A stretch of 64,000 nucleotides of DNA from Xylographa opegraphella (GCA_022813865.1 JALDZX010000045.1:1-64000), one strand, 5' to 3'. Shown: positions 36,283 through 48,586, counted from the stretch's first letter. A program made the numbers and translations. The notes: generated by a model not told the origin, from the letters alone.

Positions 36283-37112
36283 CTAGTTCCGCAGAGCTCT
36301 CAGCCTCTCGCCGAGTCCTTCTTCTTCAACTTCACTAGGTCCTGCAGCAACCTTCACCGGCGCCTCTGCGTTCCGCATCTCCGTCTGCAGCTCCACGCCC
36401 GCCTCGTCCGCGACTTGGCTCATCAGTTTATCGACATCGTCCTGAGGCGTGCCTACCGCTGTAGCTTGAGATGTTGCGTTCTCATAGTAGCCGGTAGCGA
36501 CATCTAAGTCTTCGAACTGTGTCTCGAATTTGTCCATCACGTTGGAAATCTAGCCAGTGAGAGACTGTTAGCGAGGGTATGAAGGCAGTCGTAGAATAGA
36601 AAAACAAAACAAAGCCTAGATGTGTCTGATAAAACCATAGGCAACCAATAGTATATTAAGCACTTGCCTTTTCCAAATCCATGGCTTTCATTGCACTGTC
36701 CATACCCCTAACCACGTTCGCCATGCTTCCAGTAACCTGCCTCATCGTAACAGCTGTCTGAACCCGACTGCTCACCGCATCAATCCGGCTGGCCAACCTG
36801 AGCAGGTTGAGCTTCTCATTTTGTTTCCGTATAGCATTTTGCGCATAGATCTTGGCGATGTCTCCGTGGTTTTGTTGAATGGCCTTCTGAGCTGTCAGCC
36901 TTCCCGTTGCGAATGGAGACCAGGCGATGTGGAGGATTACCTTCTTAAGCTTGTTCTTCTCAGCTGTCTCGTCCTTCCCAGCCTTGGCCGCTTGCCGGTT
37001 GAGTTGTTTGGCAGTGAACTACGAATACAGTCTGTCAGAAGTGCTGCCTGGGTGGTGGGGTGGTGGGATACGGTACTTTGAGGTTGAAGAGGGCCTTTTC
37101 AAGGCCGGACAT
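36283..37112 (-). CDS. DID2: ESCRT-III-associated Did2/Vps46/CHMP1 (Snf7 family); three introns, the last being GC-AG
   Basis: [22 protein letters not shown]..|[54 protein letters not shown]. Confidence 0.95.
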
Positions 37113-37789
37113 AATGGAACAGGTGAGTTGACAATTTCGAATAGGATGATATATTGTTTGGGGTCGAAAGAATGAGTATTTTTACAGTTGTGTAAAGAGC
37201 ATGACGTTGAATGTCGCCTAGTAACGCCTGATAGGACTTCTGGCTATCGAGCTATCCTAAGATACTTAATGATTATCCATGGAAACTCCGAAAAGTCCTA
37301 CACTATAGCGCAAGGGAATTTTAGACTGTTAAATTGTTGGCAGTGAATGTCGTGAACAGATGGTTAATAAAGTTCGGAACGTTGAGTTCAGTTGTTCTAC
37401 ATGAGCACGTTATACATTTTGAATATAGAACAGTGAAAAGGCATTTTCAGTTGCAGCATTTCGATATGTTGTCGAGGACATCGCTTTTCATGCGGATATT
37501 ATTTACGGACCCAGGAATTACATGTTTTGCAATGTAGGCAAAATGAGGTAAATGTTTGCGACAAAACTCATTGCTATATTGATACACTCGGCTACTCTTT
37601 CAGGCGCCTGAGACCAAAACGCCTGAGCATGATGGAAGGATATTTATCCCCTCCTGATCAAATGCCTAATGCTACCACAGCCCAACGCCAGCAATGTGAG
37701 AACCCAGCTCGTTCAACCGTCCTTGTATTCGGGATCCGCTATGCTTCGAAAAGTAATCCATCCTATTGGTACACATGCATGATACTCTC

Positions 37790-39280
37790 TCATTTTTTCC
37801 CTTTCTTAGACTTCTTTGCCAACTGATTTTGCCTCCTGAATTTGTCAATGACTAGTGCCATCGTCATCAGCTGCCTAACCTCTCGTTGTGACCGAGAATC
37901 ACGAGTTGAACGACTGGTAACACCCTCACAACGGCTGATCACTTCTCGACCATTCTCGTCCGCTGACTGTATTCCGGAGCTTCCACGAAGCGCGTAGCTA
38001 GTCTTCATCTGCAATTCCCGGCCAGTCGCATCCTTAAGAGGACGCGCCAAGGCAGGGCTGCAAGCCAGAAGACGTCGCAGCAGGCTGGTGCGGAAAACCG
38101 AAAACCGAGTTTGCGGCGGAGAGGATGTCGAAGTGATCTTGGTTATGTTGGTCGTGTTGGTCGAACGTGATGAACTGATCATCGGAATTGGTGGTGTGAG
38201 AGGATTGACCGGCGTCGAGATCAACCATAGAATCAAATGAAAAAGTGTTGGTGTCATCGTCAAGGCTCTCATGGGCGAGCCCGTCCTCAAAGAAGTTAAG
38301 AGTTGGCTGAGCGGTTGTAGGAGACTCGAAAAGACGACAGAATGAAGCGTCAGAAAGAGGTGAAGTGTTGTAAGTGTTTGTTGAATTCCCATCCGTTGTT
38401 GTTGGAGAGGTCGAAATTGAGCTTCGTCGGGATGTGAACCTGGATTCGACAACGGGTGCCAAATTGCTCCGGACTGACACTGCAGGCCACACAACATCGC
38501 AGCAGGATGTTGTGTCATATCCGGAGAGGTGACGGAACCGTTAAAGTCCAAGTTCGATGGAGAAGCTGATCGCGACGACGACGGAGATGCTGAGGAGAAA
38601 GACGAGCGAGGGTCAAGGGTGTTCTGGGGCGAGGGCAAAGAGAACGAGAGATCCTCGAATTCCTGCTTGATATTTCTGTCTAGCTGTCGCAAGTCCGCGG
38701 CCACCATGTTTGGTGACGGTGGCGACGAAGAAGCCGGACCGACAGAAACCGCTCTTGACAATGTGCCTGTCTTCTGGAGAGCAGCGGCATACCTGGCCAC
38801 CTGTTGTCGGAGAGCATACTTTTCGTGCTCAACAGCTAGGATTCGTTGCTTGAGCATGTAGTTTTGACGCTCTATGGCATATTTTTCGCCCTCAAGCTTT
38901 TCAACTTCTTGACGCTTACGTTCTCGGGAGGATTGAGCGGCCTGCCGATTGCGAAGGACACGCTCGATCCGGCGTTGCTCTTTCTCGTCTTCTGTCTTTG
39001 CACGCTTTCTGTTACTAATATTAGAGAGGAGGGACATTGATGCTTCGGTCGATTCTTCTTACCGAGGTGGAAGGTTTGTTTTGGGGGTTGGCAGTTCCTG
39101 ACCCCATGACTTTCGCTTCTTGGTCGGCTGCTTGTCGTCCTCCTTTGACGAGCATTTGTAGGATTCGGGCGAGGTCGGTGTCATGAGCGAAGTCTCTGCC
39201 ATGGAGATGGTTCCTTGCGGTCCATAGTACTCAGGGGTGGTAGCGAAAGCTCGAAGGGCCGAAAAGTTGTCGTGATTCAT
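37790..39280 (-). CDS. HAC1: UPR bZIP factor Hac1/HacA; spliceosomal intron 39009-39062; unspliced form ends 37790, Ire1-spliced form ends 38034; start 39280 or 39203
   Basis: KKRKSWGQELPTPKTNLPPR|KRAKTEDEKEQRRIERVLRNRQAAQSSRERKR; DMTQHPAAMLC.LQCQS. Confidence 0.96.
38483..38502 (-). other. 20-nt Ire1-cleaved non-spliceosomal intron of HAC1
   Basis: Minus strand CATCCTG^CTGCGATGTTGTGTGGCCTG^CAGTGTC has two CNG'CNG sites; removal gives TQHPAVSV.. in the 38034-38492 frame. Confidence 0.95.
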
Positions 39281-39314
39281 CGTGAGTATTGTGGAATCGC
39301 GACAGAGTTGATGA

Positions 39315-39368
39315 TCAGACTTCAAGGAGATGCTGGTGCGAGTTGCTCTTCGATGCGCACAAGCTCAT
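39315..39368 (-). promoter_or_regulatory. 17-codon uORF in the HAC1 5' leader
   Basis: ATG 39368, MSLCASKSNSHQHLLEV, TGA 39315; lies just upstream of the HAC1 start. Confidence 0.55.
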
Positions 39369-41103
39369 GTTATGAATACTCGAGTGTAGGCAGCAAGGAG
39401 CGTACTGGTTGAAGAGGACACCTGTCCTTTGTTTCGTGGAGAGAAGAGCGAGACTAGCGGGGCGAACAGGGAAAAGGGTGACTGGATGACTCAGCAAAGG
39501 AGAGTCATGTGAGCTCGGCCTTTATCGAACAGGCAAGTGTGAGTGTGAGTGTGAGTCCGAGTCCGTTGCTGGCGGCGAAGATAGTGGGGAGGAAAAAGGA
39601 GGAACGGTAGGGGGTCTTATATGTCCAACGTGTCCTTCGTCCGACGGCGATCAAGGGATTCCCACCGCTGTCGGGGCCAAAATCTTATGCTTACTGCCTT
39701 AATTTGCGGCAAGCATGACGCTAAAGTTTCTACTTCTGACACTCAGGAGTTCCGCCCCCGAGCTGAGCCTCGGTGGTTTCACCAACATCTTATTCCAACC
39801 CTTCTACGCGGCACAAATCATATGAAAATGCTTCTGGCGGACAGGAAGAGATCGAGTTTCAGCATCACGGCTCGCAAACCGGGGCATTCCGCTCCATCCA
39901 TTCCACTCCGCTGGACTGGTGCAGCGTGAGCAGTGAGAGCAATGCCTACCTGCCTCGACTGCAAAGACTTCCGCCGATGCGATGACTGATGCGGCTGACG
40001 TGAGGGGTTATTGTTCAGTAACCACTTGGTATGCTGTTCGCGGCGTCCCTTTTTGTGCACAGGTACTTCGGTCAAGCTGACTGTTGTGCACCGCCATACC
40101 GCGATGTAATCTGATTGCTGCTTTGCCTTGGTACGGAATACCGTTCGCACAGCACTCCGGCAGGATTTAGACATAGCTTATGGAGCACAAATAATACAAA
40201 CACAAACAGTCCACCGCAGAGCGTGGATCGGGCCGACTTATTCCATATTTCCGCCCTGTACTTTATTACGTTATTCGACCGCTCCTCTGGCCTGGAATGA
40301 GGCTGTACCCGTTATTGAAACAATGATTCCCATTATGTATATCAAGGTGGTGACCCCAGATCTGCAACATCGACCCAAACTGGCTAGTAATTCGTCAACG
40401 ATTGCTTCAAACGGTTCACCGCAGGGCTAGTCGTCTATGCCCCAAACGGTATCACAATTGAAAGTCGCAAGCAAGATCTTGCGCTGTTTCGCAACGATGC
40501 GGAAACGTCTGGGCATACATGCTTCTCGTACTCGAAGCATGTCGCCAACTCTAATCCTATTAATTGTGAAGCGTGGAAAGGGTCGTGGACGGCGCTTTGC
40601 ATCATCATCAGGCCTGGGGACGTCGTGTTCGAGATCCACCGTGTATCAATGTTTGGAAAGCGACGGGTGGGGGGGCCAACATGCGGCGTTTGCCCCCCCA
40701 ATCCTTATCCGAACGCCTATCGAAATACAGTAGAGTGGGTCAACTCAAATGGTGTAGCTGTTGGGCACGTCGGCACATGATGATCACTGGCGCAGGCACG
40801 GTGTGTACCTTACGTATAGGCATGTTCGTGGTCAGCCACCCGCTTGGGGACCCAGTCTATCCCACACGCTTCTCTTGACATCGCGCTTCACTTGTTGGTA
40901 ATGGCCCAGGACGACAACACCCTCACAAACTCCAACCTGGAGGCCTTATCCAGATCCCTTAAGTCTGGAGTACCTAGGGTAATCATCCCACATCACTGGA
41001 GTACCTTGCCTAGCACGTTCTCTTTCAATCCTTCAAAATATCCTAAGCTGATTTACCTGTGCGTGACTTGCCCCGGTAACTTGTAAGTAGTACATTGCAA
41101 GGT

Positions 41104-42671
41104 TCAGACAGAATCAACAACCATGGTATCATCGCCACCATCGTTCTTGTAGTCCTCTACCACCACACCTCTACCTCGTCCCTCGAGTAACTCCCTCCGC
41201 ACTTCGGGTCCGATCTGTTTGTGTCCCCGTACCAATAACAAGTCCAGCAAAGCTTCCCGTTGATCCTCTGTAATGTCGTTACGATAACGCTGAGCGAATG
41301 CCAGCAGACTCTGATGCCATAGTACGGGTAACTTGAGGTTTTTCGCTCCAGGCCCTGCAATCCCAGACATGCCCTCGTCGGTGCTTTGAGGATCCGTTGC
41401 TCGGAACCGCAGGAAGTGAAACACTAGATTATCGATAACCTTATACGGTAGCGCGTATTTCTTTTCCAGGAGTACTCGGATGAAAATGTTCGTTGCACCG
41501 CCACCTTCGGTCGAGACAGATGCCTGTTCTGCTGCGATCTCAGTAAGTCGCATCAGGGCTGCCGCGGAATGTAGCACAGGTATGGACACTCTAGTGAGGA
41601 CGCTGGAAATTATGTGGGCTTCGCGCAGTGTACATGTTCCAGAATTCACCAGCGGGAACAAGAAGCCCTTGAAGAATGCGGCTGGCTTGTAGGTTGCTTT
41701 TTGAAGGGCTTTGAATAGATGCACGTTAAGCTTTTTTGTGTCATGAATATCTTCCCTCACACGATCTAGAATTACCGATTCAAGAAATCTTCGCACAACG
41801 AACGGATTGGAGGATACAAAAATCTTTGTGGCTTCATAGCAAGCATTTGGTGTCCACGATTCAGGCCTTGTGATGGCAAGAAGGTCTTCCCATTGTGGTA
41901 ACGTCGGTATGATTTTGAACGGCTTCGGTAATTTCCCAGATTTATATCTCGACAGAATAAGGCCTATCCTGTGGAATTTCTGTCAACTTTTGCTTGTGCA
42001 TGCTGTAAGTTGACCATACTTACTTCGAGTAGACCTCCACAACCTTAGCTGGTAATTCAATTGCATCTTCTGGATGTCCACCACCATGTATTATTGGGTC
42101 TCCCGCCTGAGCAGCTTCGTGCGCAGCTATTTGTTCAAGGATGAGGTCTGCCAAATTCGTACCCTGGTCTTCAATCTGGGTCGAGTCTGGTTGAAGATCT
42201 AATGTCGGATCTTCGCCCGATGGAATGAATTTGTTGAAGAGGTCAAGGTCCTTCAGATCTATTCCCTGTTTAGCGGCTGATCAGTCCCACACGTCAAACG
42301 GACTTAATTAAGATACTCACCACTTCATCCACAACCTCATTATCTTCGTCACCCCATTCTTCTGCATCCTCATATAGCGGCTCGTTGTCCGAGTCACTTG
42401 CACCAAAACGTGACTCGGATGTGAAAGCTGTATTGGGAGGGCGCGGCTTGGACGCCTGCTGGTCTTCCTCGGTAAGCTCTTGACCAATCTTCAGGATCTT
42501 CCGCGAGGATTTGGAATCAACAAAAGCATCTCCAGCATCATCGTCCCTGTTGGATTTCCGCTTCTTCGATTTGTTGCGCAGAAGGCCCGTTGTTACCAGA
42601 TCATCTGCGAGCGGCTTCTGATGCCGAAATTGCTTAGATCCAGAGATCAGACTTGTGTCCTCTCTCGCCAT
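41104..42671 (-). CDS. ENP1: Bystin/Enp1 40S biogenesis factor; two introns
   Basis: FVDSKSSRKILKIGQEL; RYKSGKLPKPFK; KLNVHL..AL.K..YKPAAFFKG; LLEKKYALPY; LPVLWHQSLL.FAQRY. Confidence 0.96.
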
Positions 42672-42892
42672 TTCATTGACTCAAAGTCGCACTGATGAAG
42701 GCAACATTTGTTTCGGGTGGTGGACAAGGATGTCAGTGGGGTATTATGAAAAGTTTTAGCGACAAAACTACAGTATGGCCTCAGGCTAGGCCGGGCTTAC
42801 GGGCTAACCCCGCGGTGAGAGAGACCCTTGAATGCCAAGATGGGCTAAGAAGCTGTTCCTGAGTTCGACTCTGCGGACAATACAGAATAAAC

Positions 42893-44690
42893 ATGGCCGA
42901 CACTTCACCAAGCCCTAGAAGTTCGACGCCATCTATAATACCACAGAAGCGACCTCTTGGAATAGATGATGAGCAGCATGTTCCGGCTGTTCCATCTCCC
43001 CTCAATCCTGACTTTGCAGGCTCTCGTGCTCGGAAGCCCGCTCCAGCACGGGAACAACGCGAGAAGAAGGAGTCCCTGAAGAAACGAGAAGCCAAAGGTG
43101 TCGAGAGCGTACGAGGCGGTACTCCTGACAGTCAAGCCCCAAGTCGCAAACCTAAGAAAGGCACAGAGCAGAGTAGTAATATACCATCGTTGTTACGCTA
43201 CAAACTACCTCCACCAAATGCGACAGATTTTGAACCTCCTAAAGCGCCTGTCCTCGTTCCAGCGTTTCAAAAAGCGAATCGGCAATTCTTTGAGGCCTCA
43301 GAGCAGTGAGTCGTCGGCGTAGCCTTGTTAGACTCATTATGTTAACCATAACAGCGTCTTCAACCGGAAGGGTTTCCGGTATACGCATTGCATAGCTGAT
43401 CCTGCCTTCACATTCACACAATATCATCGCGGATCAGAAACCGAGCCATTCGCTCCTCGCTTCGATTACGAAGATGCCTCTTCCCATATATTTTTTGACC
43501 ACAATGCTAGAAGTATCACCACCGAAAAAGGCTTCCGAATGGCCCGAGCCAACATCGGCGCTAGAGAGGGCAGATGGTACTGGGAGTGTAAAATACTCAG
43601 TGGAGTCAAACCAGCTGGTTGGAATGGAGATCCTGTCACAAATGGAGACGCTGGGGGCCATGTCCGATTAGGATTTAGTCGTCGCGAGGCCACTTTGGAC
43701 ACTCCCGTTGGATTTGACGCTTACAGCTATGGCCTCCGAGACGTGGCCGGACAGAAAGTCCACATGTCTCGTCCGAAAGACTTTATGCCTGCTGGCGAAC
43801 AGATTTGCGAAGGAGACGTTATCGGCCTGGAAATAAATTTACCATCCTTAACTCTTCATCGCAAAGTTGTTGAAGGGTCTTATAACAAAGCTGTGGATGT
43901 GTCGGATGACGTTGAGCCACATGGAGCTGAGGGTGCGGATATTATCCGCGATAGGCTCCCTATTCGATACAAAGCTCATCTCTATTTTGAGCAATTCGAG
44001 TACCAATCATGCAAAGAGCTTGAAGAACTGATGAACCCATCGCCAGTAATCGCAGCAACGTCCACATCTACTACAGCTGCCCCGAATCCGAACCACTCCC
44101 TTGTGGCCTTGCGGACACTCCCTTTCTCATGTATCAAAGTCTATAAAAATGGACAATATGTGGGTGCTCCATTCACCGACCTACTGGCTTTTCTGCCACC
44201 AGCATCAAAGCCACTACATCAGGTTGGTGCTCGAGATGGACTGGATGATGGAATGCTAGGTTACTTCCCTTCGGTTAGCGTCTTTCGTGGTGGAGCAGCA
44301 GAAGTTAACTTCGGACCCGATTTTTGGTATCCTCCGCCAGATATTATTAATTCTAGTGAAGACGTGGACATGCTGGCCGAGCCTAGCATAGACAACGTGA
44401 CGAGGAGTGGGACTTCAACGTCGTTGAAGAAGCTACGGCCGTTGTCCGAGCGATATACAGAGCAGATAGCTGAAGATGTTTTGTACGATATAATTGATGA
44501 AGTAGATCTATGGGCACAAGACGGTGGTCAGACAGAGACTCAAAAGAGGGCTAGCAACCCTGCTCCTACCATACTTGGGCCTGTTGACCCAGCTGCCCCT
44601 GGCCTAGAGGTCGCCATGGTGAATTCGGGTGTCAAGATCGAAGCGGGACAGCCAGGCGAGATCAAAGAGATCATACAGGAAGAGGAGTAG
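42893..44690 (+). CDS. BRE2: COMPASS subunit Bre2/Ash2L (SPRY domain; CclA); intron 43306-43354
   Basis: FNRKGFRY; KGFRMARAN...EGRWYWECKI; HVRLG..RREATLDTPVGFDAYSYGLRD; C-terminal QIAEDVLYDIIDEV. Confidence 0.95.
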
Positions 44691-45171
44691 ATATAAGGGC
44701 ATATGAAATTAACCATCGAGAAGAAATATTCCGAAAACTGCTGTGGTGATAGCGTAGTTGACTTTGCCTCTGAATCCTCGATGCATGTATATGTTGTTTT
44801 GACTCTCTACGACCACATGATCATCCTTGAGATGGGTTAGTAGACCAAGTCCCATGAAATGAAAACCGATGCTGGAAGATTTAGACATATCAATCGTAGC
44901 GAGGTTGTTAAGAGTGGTCCGCTATAAAATTCAATTATTATTGCTTCGTTCATAGGTCTTTCAATCTCAAGATATTCTGTTACAACCATCTTGGAAATAA
45001 CATTGCCCATCGAAATCCACGACCAATAGATCTACCGGTTACATCTCCTACAAGCTGGCCAATTTCCGTCTCAATGTGCGACTGTACTCAAAAGTTTGGT
45101 CACGCGATTTATTTTGTACACGAAATAGCTCATGCTTCATCTCAGGCGCAAGACGTTTGCACATCTTTACC

Positions 45172-47412
45172 ATGACTTCTGTGGCGGAAGCAAGTGATAA
45201 AGTGTCGCAGTCTATGGATTCTCTAGCTTCAGATGTAGCTACATATGATGGTAGACAATATGATATGGTCAAGGAGGGCCTGGCTACGATCTTAAATCCT
45301 CAACAGTCGTCCTCCACCATAATTACTGATGGGGAAAAGCCTACTACAGCTTCACGACAGGCCGTCTTCTATAATCCAATCCAGCAATTCAATAGAGATC
45401 TGAGTGTGCTTGCTATTCGAGCTTTTGGAGAAGACTTGGCAAGTATCCGGAGAGCAAAGCAGGAAAAAAAAGTTCAGGACTTGAAGGTGAAAGCAGTCCC
45501 GAGCAAGAAGAGGAAGAGAGAGGAAGATTGTTGCACTGATCAACTACCCAGACTTGCCGATGATGAGTTGGCGGAGACTGTCAATGGTACATCACATCAA
45601 TATACGGCTTCAGAAACACCACACTCACATTCAAAACGAGAGGAACCCCAACTACTTCAGCAAGTAGAGCCAGGTCAGTCACCTCCAGGCACCAGTCTAT
45701 CACAGCCAAGCTCGAAATCAGAGGCCGCTCCTGGGGCAGGCATTTCACAGAGTTTAGCCAATCATGCCTCGACATCGCAAATTCCCAACCCAGTTTCTAC
45801 CAATGGCCACGACGAATCGAAACATATACGACACAACTTTCGCGTGCTTGACGCACTCTCTGCCACTGGTCTCCGCGCTCTTAGATACGCTAAGGAGATT
45901 CCATATGTCACGTCGGTGACAGCAAATGACCTTTCCGCACCTGCCACCGATTCAATCAAACTCAATGTTCAGTATAATGAGCTTTCTGGTAAGATTCATA
46001 CTCTCACTGGCAACGCCCTTGCACACATGTATAAGATTAGCGCCGCAGCATCTGGAGCTTATGAAGCTATGCCTGATGGCAGTCGCGGTAGATATGAAGT
46101 GATCGATCTCGATCCCTACGGAACAGCGGCGCCATTTTTAGATGCTGCAGTACAAGCTCTGGCTGATAATGGACTACTCTGTGTTACTTGTACGGATTCC
46201 GGGGTGTTTGCGTCCGTTGGTTACCTTGAAAAGACCTATGCTCAGTATGGTGGTCTGCCTTTTAAAGGGCCTCAATCACATGAGGCTGGCCTTCGACTCA
46301 TATTGCATGCGATCGCGACGTCTGCCGCTCGCTATGGTATGGCTATTGAGCCATTGTTGTCTCTATCTATTGATTTTTATGCTCGCGTATTTGTCCGCGT
46401 CCGCCGCTCAGCAGTTGAAGCCAAATTTTTGGCTGGGAAGACTATGCTAGTCTATAATTGCGATCATGGATGTGGTGCTTGGAACACCCAGTTTCTAGCT
46501 AACAACAAAGCCGAAAAGAACAAGAAGGGCGGCGAGTTTCACAAGTACATGCTTGCTCAGGCTCCGACAGCAAGCCCCAATTGCGAGCATTGTGGTTTAA
46601 AGACTCATCTATCTGGTCCAATGTGGGGAGGTCATCTTCACAACCCCTTTTTCATACAACGAATTCTAGATGAACTGCCATCCTTGAGCGAAGAAACATA
46701 CGGAACAATCCCTCGTATAGAGGGTATGCTAAGTATAGCTCTTGAAGAGTCCCTTTTGGATTCGGCTCAAGAGGAAACCATGAAGAAAGCCCAAACAGAG
46801 CAGGAGCCAATTGGCCGGCTTGATCCGGCCCGACCGGATAGATACCCCTTCTTCGTAATACCATCAGTTCTCGCCAAAGTATTACATTGCGTTGCACCTT
46901 CTGACGCCGCTCTCCGCGGTGCTTTAATTAACCTTGGTTATCGAGTCCGACGCTCCCATACAAAACCAGGTACTATACGCACAGACGCACCGTGGGCCGT
47001 CATCTGGGAAGTTATGCGGGAGTGGGTCACGCAGAAAGCTCCCGTTAAGGATGGTGCGATCAAGCCTGGTACTGCGGGGTGGGCCATCATGCGCAAAGAA
47101 AGATCACGGGCCAGCATTATTGACTTGAAGGCACAGCTGCAGAGTATAATGGAAAAGGCCGACGATCTCGAAACAGCCAAGGTGAACATCGAGGCGGCGC
47201 TATTTAGGTCTGGTAGACCACTTGAGAAAAGTACAGGAGAGGCGGCGACTGCGAAGGGTTTATTAGACAGACCAGAAGGTGACCGAAAGCTCCTGAACGT
47301 TGTATTTGATGAGAAAGTCGGCAAAGACGTGGGCAGCAAGAAGCTGGTCAGGTATCAAATCAACCCGAAACCAAACTGGGGGCCTATGACGAAGGCAAAA
47401 GGTGGAAGTTGA
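45172..47412 (+). CDS. TRM1: tRNA (guanine26-N2,N2)-dimethyltransferase
   Basis: VFYNPIQQFNRDLSV; LDALSATGLRALRY.KE; VIDLDPYGTA; LLCVTCTD; PLLSLSIDFYARVFV; YQINP.PNWGP. Confidence 0.97.
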   Translation: MTSVAEASDKVSQSMDSLASDVATYDGRQYDMVKEGLATILNPQQSSSTIITDGEKPTTASRQAVFYNPIQQFNRDLSVLAIRAFGEDLASIRRAKQEKKVQDLKVKAVPSKKRKREEDCCTDQLPRLADDELAETVNGTSHQYTASETPHSHSKREEPQLLQQVEPGQSPPGTSLSQPSSKSEAAPGAGISQSLANHASTSQIPNPVSTNGHDESKHIRHNFRVLDALSATGLRALRYAKEIPYVTSVTANDLSAPATDSIKLNVQYNELSGKIHTLTGNALAHMYKISAAASGAYEAMPDGSRGRYEVIDLDPYGTAAPFLDAAVQALADNGLLCVTCTDSGVFASVGYLEKTYAQYGGLPFKGPQSHEAGLRLILHAIATSAARYGMAIEPLLSLSIDFYARVFVRVRRSAVEAKFLAGKTMLVYNCDHGCGAWNTQFLANNKAEKNKKGGEFHKYMLAQAPTASPNCEHCGLKTHLSGPMWGGHLHNPFFIQRILDELPSLSEETYGTIPRIEGMLSIALEESLLDSAQEETMKKAQTEQEPIGRLDPARPDRYPFFVIPSVLAKVLHCVAPSDAALRGALINLGYRVRRSHTKPGTIRTDAPWAVIWEVMREWVTQKAPVKDGAIKPGTAGWAIMRKERSRASIIDLKAQLQSIMEKADDLETAKVNIEAALFRSGRPLEKSTGEAATAKGLLDRPEGDRKLLNVVFDEKVGKDVGSKKLVRYQINPKPNWGPMTKAKGGS

Positions 47413-48586
47413 GCTTTGAATTCTACTATACAATACCTACCTTGGTGACAACAAATCTACTGGAGAACTCCGTGCTTCTATCGAAGTAACTATTTGTGTA
47501 CACTAGGATTATCGAGAGCTCCAATTACTTGTGTGTTTGAATAACATAAAATCATCAGAGATACCTTTTTCTCTGAGCGAGTTTAGCTCGCTCGATAGAC
47601 GGAGCTTTCCTTGCTGTTGCAACAATGCTACGGTAGGGCTAATATCACAATGGCATTAAAATTTTATCTATGCTGCCTGCTCACTTTCATCCAATCTTTG
47701 GATTCTCCTATCTGCTTGTTTCGGCTATAATATAATTGGGGAAGAGGCGGAGTGCTTATTTATCAGATGTCAAAATTTCCGCCTTCCGATCTATGAAGTC
47801 CTCGCTTTTCCTCTGGCTATGTGTAGTCTCTACATTCATTTCTCGCTCTCTCGCCCGTTCTATTTCATGCTCCGTTTCTTTTCACATTCTTCTACGTGTA
47901 TGAAAAATGAATGTAGAGCTTGCGGCGGATACTACACCGCGCCCCTCTGATCGCAGCCCATGATATAGTGTAAGCCGTTCGAGCGAGGAGGATCAGGTGG
48001 CCTTCCGAAAGCTTTGCCCACTTCAGACGAATTTACCACGAGCACAATCCCAAGCATCTAGTATATCTGCTCTGAGCCATAACCCACGACCAGCGTCACG
48101 TTGCATACCCGTCACAGACCGAACGACGTACTGCTCGCTTTTGGTCGATGTACCTTCCGTCCAGGACCGAAAACCGTTGACGGTGCGACTTCAACGCTGG
48201 CTACGTTGCCGTGCCTAAGGATGAGTGGAGCGAGGCACGAAGGTTGGCCTTCTGAATGGAGTTATAGCGCTCTCGATACTTCGAATCTTTCTTTCTACGT
48301 TTGTCTCCGGGTTGTTCCAAAAATAATCACAAATAACTCTTGCAATCACAATCCGCATGGTTACAGGACGACTTGGCTCGAACTGCTTATATGGTATCTA
48401 ACATCCTCCCCCAACCTGTACATTCGCGAGAGAACGCGATGAAACTCCAATCGGCCGGGACCACCCAAGCTCCCAGCTCAACCCCGGTGATGGATCCCTG
48501 TCATATCCCTAACCCTATCGGAAAGTGCGCCAGTAAACGCTGCGTAGTATGCTCTGTACAAGCCGGGAGCCCGACGGTTAAAACAA

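Noticed and set aside
48507..48517. CCCTAACCCTA, resembling a telomerase RNA template
   Set aside because: A plus-strand TER would have to run antisense through DSN1 only ~70 nt downstream; no pseudoknot or CR4/5-like element was recognised; 11 nt can occur by chance
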